Positions 36,892 through 39,035 of a DNA stretch of 39,035 nucleotides are shown here, in pieces. Under the pieces are notes generated by a model. That model was not told the origin of the DNA. It made no database searches and saw only the letters and a program-made list of their open reading frames with translations. How positions within the stretch are numbered: position 1 is the stretch's first letter; each line of letters opens with the position of its first letter. A program made the translations under genes and the position numbers. The stretch comes from an uncultured Coxiellaceae bacterium (GTDB lineage: Bacteria > Pseudomonadota > Gammaproteobacteria > DSM-16500), in NCBI GenBank assembly GCA_964484285.1, contig CAZAEO010000006.1:1-39035 (forward strand), given 5' to 3'.

Positions 36892-38874
36892 ATGATAACT
36901 ACCCGCACCAAACGCCGCCTTAACCTTGAAGATCCTGAACAATCTGCCCCTTTACTTACGTCTGAAACTGCACCAATGGAAAATATATTTATTTCTGATG
37001 TAACGAAACGTTCAGATATGCAATATATACCTATTCCTGAAGAACCCAATATCGAAGAAGAAAAAACGATACCCTTATCTCCGAAAAATCAAAAAATACA
37101 ACTACCCAACCAGGTTTCGTCAGTTGATAGCGGAAAAGAAAAAAAATTAAGCGATGTAGTCACATCTTCAACGTTAGCTAATGAAGATTTCACTACGCAA
37201 ACAGCAAATATTGTTAACGCATTTAACAAAAATGTAACGCAAAGTTGTTTTGTTACCTCGATGATTCGCGGTGAACGACTGAATCCTGGTGAAGTATTAC
37301 TTGGCCATCGCAATCAAACACCCGAACTTGCGCTATTTAATAATCAAAAAATTGCTTTGGAATCTATTATAACAGGACCTAATACTATTCTGGAAAGAAC
37401 AGGTAAACATAAAATCAATTCTCCTTTCTATGGTGCTCACGGAAGTTACGTAGTCAATGTGCCACGCGGCCAATATGCTAAGGCCATGTTAGGCAACAAA
37501 CCGATATTATTAGATGAAGGTCCGCATGTTATTCATGATCCATTATTTAGCTTTGATCCTAGAAAAGATCTTATTAAGCAGGCATCACCCTACATTCAAC
37601 ATGGTACAATATATATTTTGCGAGTACCTGCGGGTTCAATTGCTAAAATTTGGATTGGTTCTACACCTTATTTGCTTGAAGCACGTGATGCACCTTATGT
37701 ATTTAATACCCCTTTATTCAAACTAGACTCAAAAAAAACTCAAGATAAAGAGGATAAAGAAGAGAAAGAGGAGGAAGCTCTTTTTGAAAATGCTGCAGAA
37801 AAATCAATCACTCATGGATCTCTCAAACGAATCATTCCGCGAACAGGTGAAGTCGCAATTACCTACAATCAAGGTGAATTAACTATCATTGATAAACCTA
37901 TATTGATTACTTCTCCTATGCATAATGTAGATTCTTTTTTAGATATCAATACTAAAACATTACTCTTGCCTTCTGAGGGAACCAAAACGCTAAGATTAAA
38001 AGAAAATCCTAAAGCAACACCGGATGAAATCGCGTATGAAATATTTCAAACGGCAGATCGTTTGATAATAGGCGTGAAGTTATGTGTCGTTTACCACATT
38101 CATGATGCGAAAACAGCAATAAAGCGTTTAGGCAAAGCAGGCATTGTACCTCACATTGAAAGCCTTGCTACAGCCGATATGGCAAATGCGATCCAACAAT
38201 CCAACTCAAGCACTTATTTATCATCTTATTCCAATAAACCCAACCTTCCTCATGATGAACAAAAAGCGTCTGCACCATCCCTTTTCAGCACGATTCAAGA
38301 TGGTGTAAGAGATAAATTGGCAAAACATTTGGATGAGTATGGCATTACGTTAGTCCAGCTTAGATTCGAAACACCTAAAATTATGAATACTGAAATTGGC
38401 AAAAAAATGGAGGAACAATCGCTGCTCACTGCGCAAACACATACTAAGAAAACCCTCATTGACCAACAAACTGATCTTGCAACCAAACAAGCAGATCAAG
38501 AAGCACAAGTCCAAGCTATTGTACAAAAACAAAAAAATGAGAGTCTGGTTTCAGCAGCTACAGCGAAATTGAACGCGGCAAAAATTGAAGCAAAAGCCTT
38601 ACTCGAAATGGAAAAAGCAAAGCAACAAGCTGGATTATTACAAGCAAGAGTATTAAAACAGTCTCGAGAAACATTTCAACTGGAACTGGCTAGAATACAA
38701 GCGGAGGGGTTGCGAAATGCACGGGTAAATCTTGTTATTGGGCCTCCTGGCGGAATCAATCCTTTTCAATTGTTTTCAGGGAGTCTGTTCTCAGGGAATC
38801 TTAACAATACTATGGATCAACAATCCGTTGTGATAACAGGAGAGCACAAATTAGAAAACCAAAAAACAATGTGA
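36892..38874 (+). CDS. SPFH/band-7 (flotillin/HflK/C-like) domain protein of 660 aa, with a ~170-aa low-complexity acidic/Pro-rich N-terminus and a C-terminal Ala/Gln/Lys-rich coiled coil
   Basis: Strong AAGGAG Shine-Dalgarno. The central region carries SPFH-like blocks (IYILRVPAGSIAKIWIGSTPYLLEA; ITLVQLRFETPKIMNTEIGKKMEEQ), followed by a heptad-rich QAQVQAIVQKQKNE...AKIEAKALLEMEKAKQQA segment. GC is ~33%. Confidence 0.6.
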   Translation: MITTRTKRRLNLEDPEQSAPLLTSETAPMENIFISDVTKRSDMQYIPIPEEPNIEEEKTIPLSPKNQKIQLPNQVSSVDSGKEKKLSDVVTSSTLANEDFTTQTANIVNAFNKNVTQSCFVTSMIRGERLNPGEVLLGHRNQTPELALFNNQKIALESIITGPNTILERTGKHKINSPFYGAHGSYVVNVPRGQYAKAMLGNKPILLDEGPHVIHDPLFSFDPRKDLIKQASPYIQHGTIYILRVPAGSIAKIWIGSTPYLLEARDAPYVFNTPLFKLDSKKTQDKEDKEEKEEEALFENAAEKSITHGSLKRIIPRTGEVAITYNQGELTIIDKPILITSPMHNVDSFLDINTKTLLLPSEGTKTLRLKENPKATPDEIAYEIFQTADRLIIGVKLCVVYHIHDAKTAIKRLGKAGIVPHIESLATADMANAIQQSNSSTYLSSYSNKPNLPHDEQKASAPSLFSTIQDGVRDKLAKHLDEYGITLVQLRFETPKIMNTEIGKKMEEQSLLTAQTHTKKTLIDQQTDLATKQADQEAQVQAIVQKQKNESLVSAATAKLNAAKIEAKALLEMEKAKQQAGLLQARVLKQSRETFQLELARIQAEGLRNARVNLVIGPPGGINPFQLFSGSLFSGNLNNTMDQQSVVITGEHKLENQKTM

Positions 38875-38940
38875 TATAGATCAATGGCACTAACCTAAGA
38901 TGAAATTTTTTTATTAAACAAATATGTACACTTCGTCATT

Positions 38941-38986
38941 GCGAGCGAGAGCGAAGGATTAAGATAAGATCCTTCGCTAGCGCTCC
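38941..38986. repeat. GC-rich imperfect palindrome (core stem agcgaaggat / atccttcgct with a 9-nt loop) ~65 nt after the 660-aa gene stop. It may be a terminator or a copy of a small palindromic repetitive element.
   Basis: The inverted repeat was read directly. Its flanking bases extend the stem with one bulge. No T-run follows it. Confidence 0.4.
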
Positions 38987-39035
38987 ACTACTGTCCGGTG
39001 AAGTGGTGTAAATATTGAACGTCCTTGAGAAAGCG

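Noticed and set aside
1-39035. tRNA, rRNA, CRISPR arrays, tandem DNA repeats
   Set aside because: No T-loop-like GTTCGA/TTCGAATCC contexts with acceptor-stem pairing were found in the intergenic regions. There are no regularly spaced direct repeats. The only repetitive DNA is the short interspersed element described above and codon-level low complexity inside the 660-aa gene (KEDKEEKEEE).

Overview
This looks like a chromosomal segment from an AT-rich (~40% GC) gammaproteobacterium. My impression is that it is Legionellales-like (Legionella/Coxiella-type), but the sequence alone cannot confirm this. Most of the window is conserved housekeeping backbone. This comprises htpG; ferrochelatase; a cell-wall cluster mrdA-mrdB-mltB-rlpA followed by rseP; rmuC; and a long minus-strand block cysS-gltX-pdxJ-recO-era-rnc-lepB-lepA-ygfX-sdhE followed by plus-strand kbl-tdh. 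Several accessory-looking items are embedded in this backbone. (1) A strongly AT-shifted gene (~27% GC against ~47% in its neighbours) encodes a ribonuclease-inhibitor/NLR-type leucine-rich-repeat protein with no NTPase domain. I read it as a eukaryotic-like, probably secreted effector-type protein. (2) A 1170-aa single-chain iron-sulfur flavoprotein fuses an NfnB/GltD-like module to an NfnA/PyrK-like module, has a novel ~300-aa N-terminal extension, and follows a stand-alone CBS-pair protein. (3) A clear TPP riboswitch sits in front of a three-gene ThiZ-ThiX-ThiY-type pyrimidine-salvage ABC transporter. (4) A 660-aa SPFH/band-7-like protein carries a disordered N-terminus and a long coiled coil. 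(5) Several orphan low-GC hypothetical genes are present (222 aa, a secreted 155 aa, 199 aa, 98 aa). (6) A 22-bp perfectly identical direct repeat occurs twice, 24.9 kb apart, and a related GC-rich palindromic element lies at the 3' end of the window. (7) A perfect inverted pair of consensus DnaA boxes lies in a 525-bp non-coding AT-rich region. I found no tRNA, rRNA, CRISPR array, transposase or integrase.
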